Shown: positions 63,247 to 64,000 of the stretch, piece by piece
How the letters are laid out: every line of letters starts with the position of its first letter
How positions within the stretch are numbered: position 1 is the first letter of the stretch
Origin: Yuukianura sp. NJ FZ-2021
Lineage: Eukaryota
Length of the DNA: 64,000 nucleotides
Assembly (NCBI GenBank): GCA_046563655.1
Contig: CM102283.1
Span: 5,518,001 to 5,582,000 of the forward strand
Direction of reading: 5' to 3'
Made by a program: the position numbers and the translations under genes
The notes under the pieces: model-generated
Seen by the model: only the letters and a program-made list of their open reading frames with translations
What the model was told of the DNA's origin: nothing
The model's database searches: none

Positions 63247-63987
63247 TCAAAGCCCCACGCCAAATGCCCAGCACTCGATCGTCCGAACTACGAAATCCTT
63301 TTCATCTACCAGCGGTGGGTTTCCGTAGGTTCCGCATGTCTCAGTGTGTCCCGCGTTCAAATCTCCATCAAACCAGAGACCAAATTTCCCACTACAAAAT
63401 ACAGATTAAGTCAGGAATTAATTTACATTCAAAAGTTGTACTCTAGGGAACTCTAATTCCAGAAAAGCTTACTCTCCAGCACCAATTGACAGGCTCTCTG
63501 CGTTTCCTTTGATGAAGTACATGTTTTCTCCAGTCCATTTGAAAGTTTGAAAGTCCGGTTTGAGTCGAAAGAGAAAGGACTGGCCTGTGCCATAAAAGTG
63601 GTCAGATACGCGCAGTGGTGTTGAAACCAAACTGCCAAATACCTGAAAACAAACCAAAAATCCAAACAAATAAATACTTAGCACTTCGTTGTCATTATTG
63701 GATAAATTCACTTAAAAACTTACCCTGCCTCTCGTATCTTGTATGACGATAAGAATAGGACTCTCATCCAGTTCCTCCATCTTTCTGTACACCGTATTGA
63801 GACTGAATCCATCTCGCGACGTTGAGAACACTAGAAACCACGGGTATCCTTCGGCCCTTGCAGTGAGATGTCTCGAGATGACTTTGACATCCTCAGTGTC
63901 CAGGATCTCACTGACCCCCAAAAGCTCTGGAATGTATTCGTCCGATCCATAGAGAGCTTTCCTTAGCTCCTCTGACATTGACACCAC
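63247..63987 (-). CDS. mtd: 3' exons of a TLDc-domain gene (mustard/OXR1/NCOA7), continuing beyond the window (exons 63987-63724, 63642-63473, 63391-63247)
   Basis: LTARAEGYPWFLVFSTSRDGFSLNTVYRKM...|VFGSLVSTPLRVSDHFYGTGQSFLF...WTGENMYFIKG...IGAG|DGKFGLWFDGDLNAGHTETCGTYGNPPL...IECWAF. Confidence 0.92.
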
Positions 63988-64000
63988 CTGAAACAACACA

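Noticed and set aside
1-64000. Horizontally transferred or prokaryotic/viral system
   Set aside because: All recognisable genes are intron-containing metazoan families. No operon, transposase, reverse transcriptase or integrase ORF was seen.

Overview
Eukaryotic, AT-rich, gene-dense arthropod DNA with short GT-AG introns. It looks like a non-dipteran hexapod such as a springtail, but the species cannot be fixed from sequence alone. Twelve spliced protein-coding genes can be reconstructed by hand: UPF0449/C19orf25-like (+), taiman/SRC (-), chitin deacetylase Cda5 (+), Mef2 (-), an odd-skipped-family cluster (5-finger gene A +, drumstick-like -, 5-finger gene B -) with an Oatp74D/Ecdysone-Importer-like transporter (+) inside it, NPC1 (-), CAPON/NOS1AP (+), NRARP (-) and the 3' end of a TLDc gene (mtd/OXR1, -). 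There are also TA-flanked MITEs, a HINE/DINE-like element, a quasi-palindrome and small repeat arrays. The most striking observation concerns the two convergent odd-family paralogs. They share a 257-bp inverted zinc-finger tract with only 4 mismatches, next to a 121-bp tract with 7, while neighbouring codons are synonymously saturated and the rest of the genes do not align. This points to ongoing gene conversion and defines a potentially invertible 15.5-kb cassette (drm plus the EcI-like gene) whose flip would swap the two transcription factors' C-termini. Also notable is an arthropod NRARP surrounded by six Su(H)/CSL sites. All exon calls and mismatch counts were done by eye; family assignments rest on remembered motifs, not database searches.
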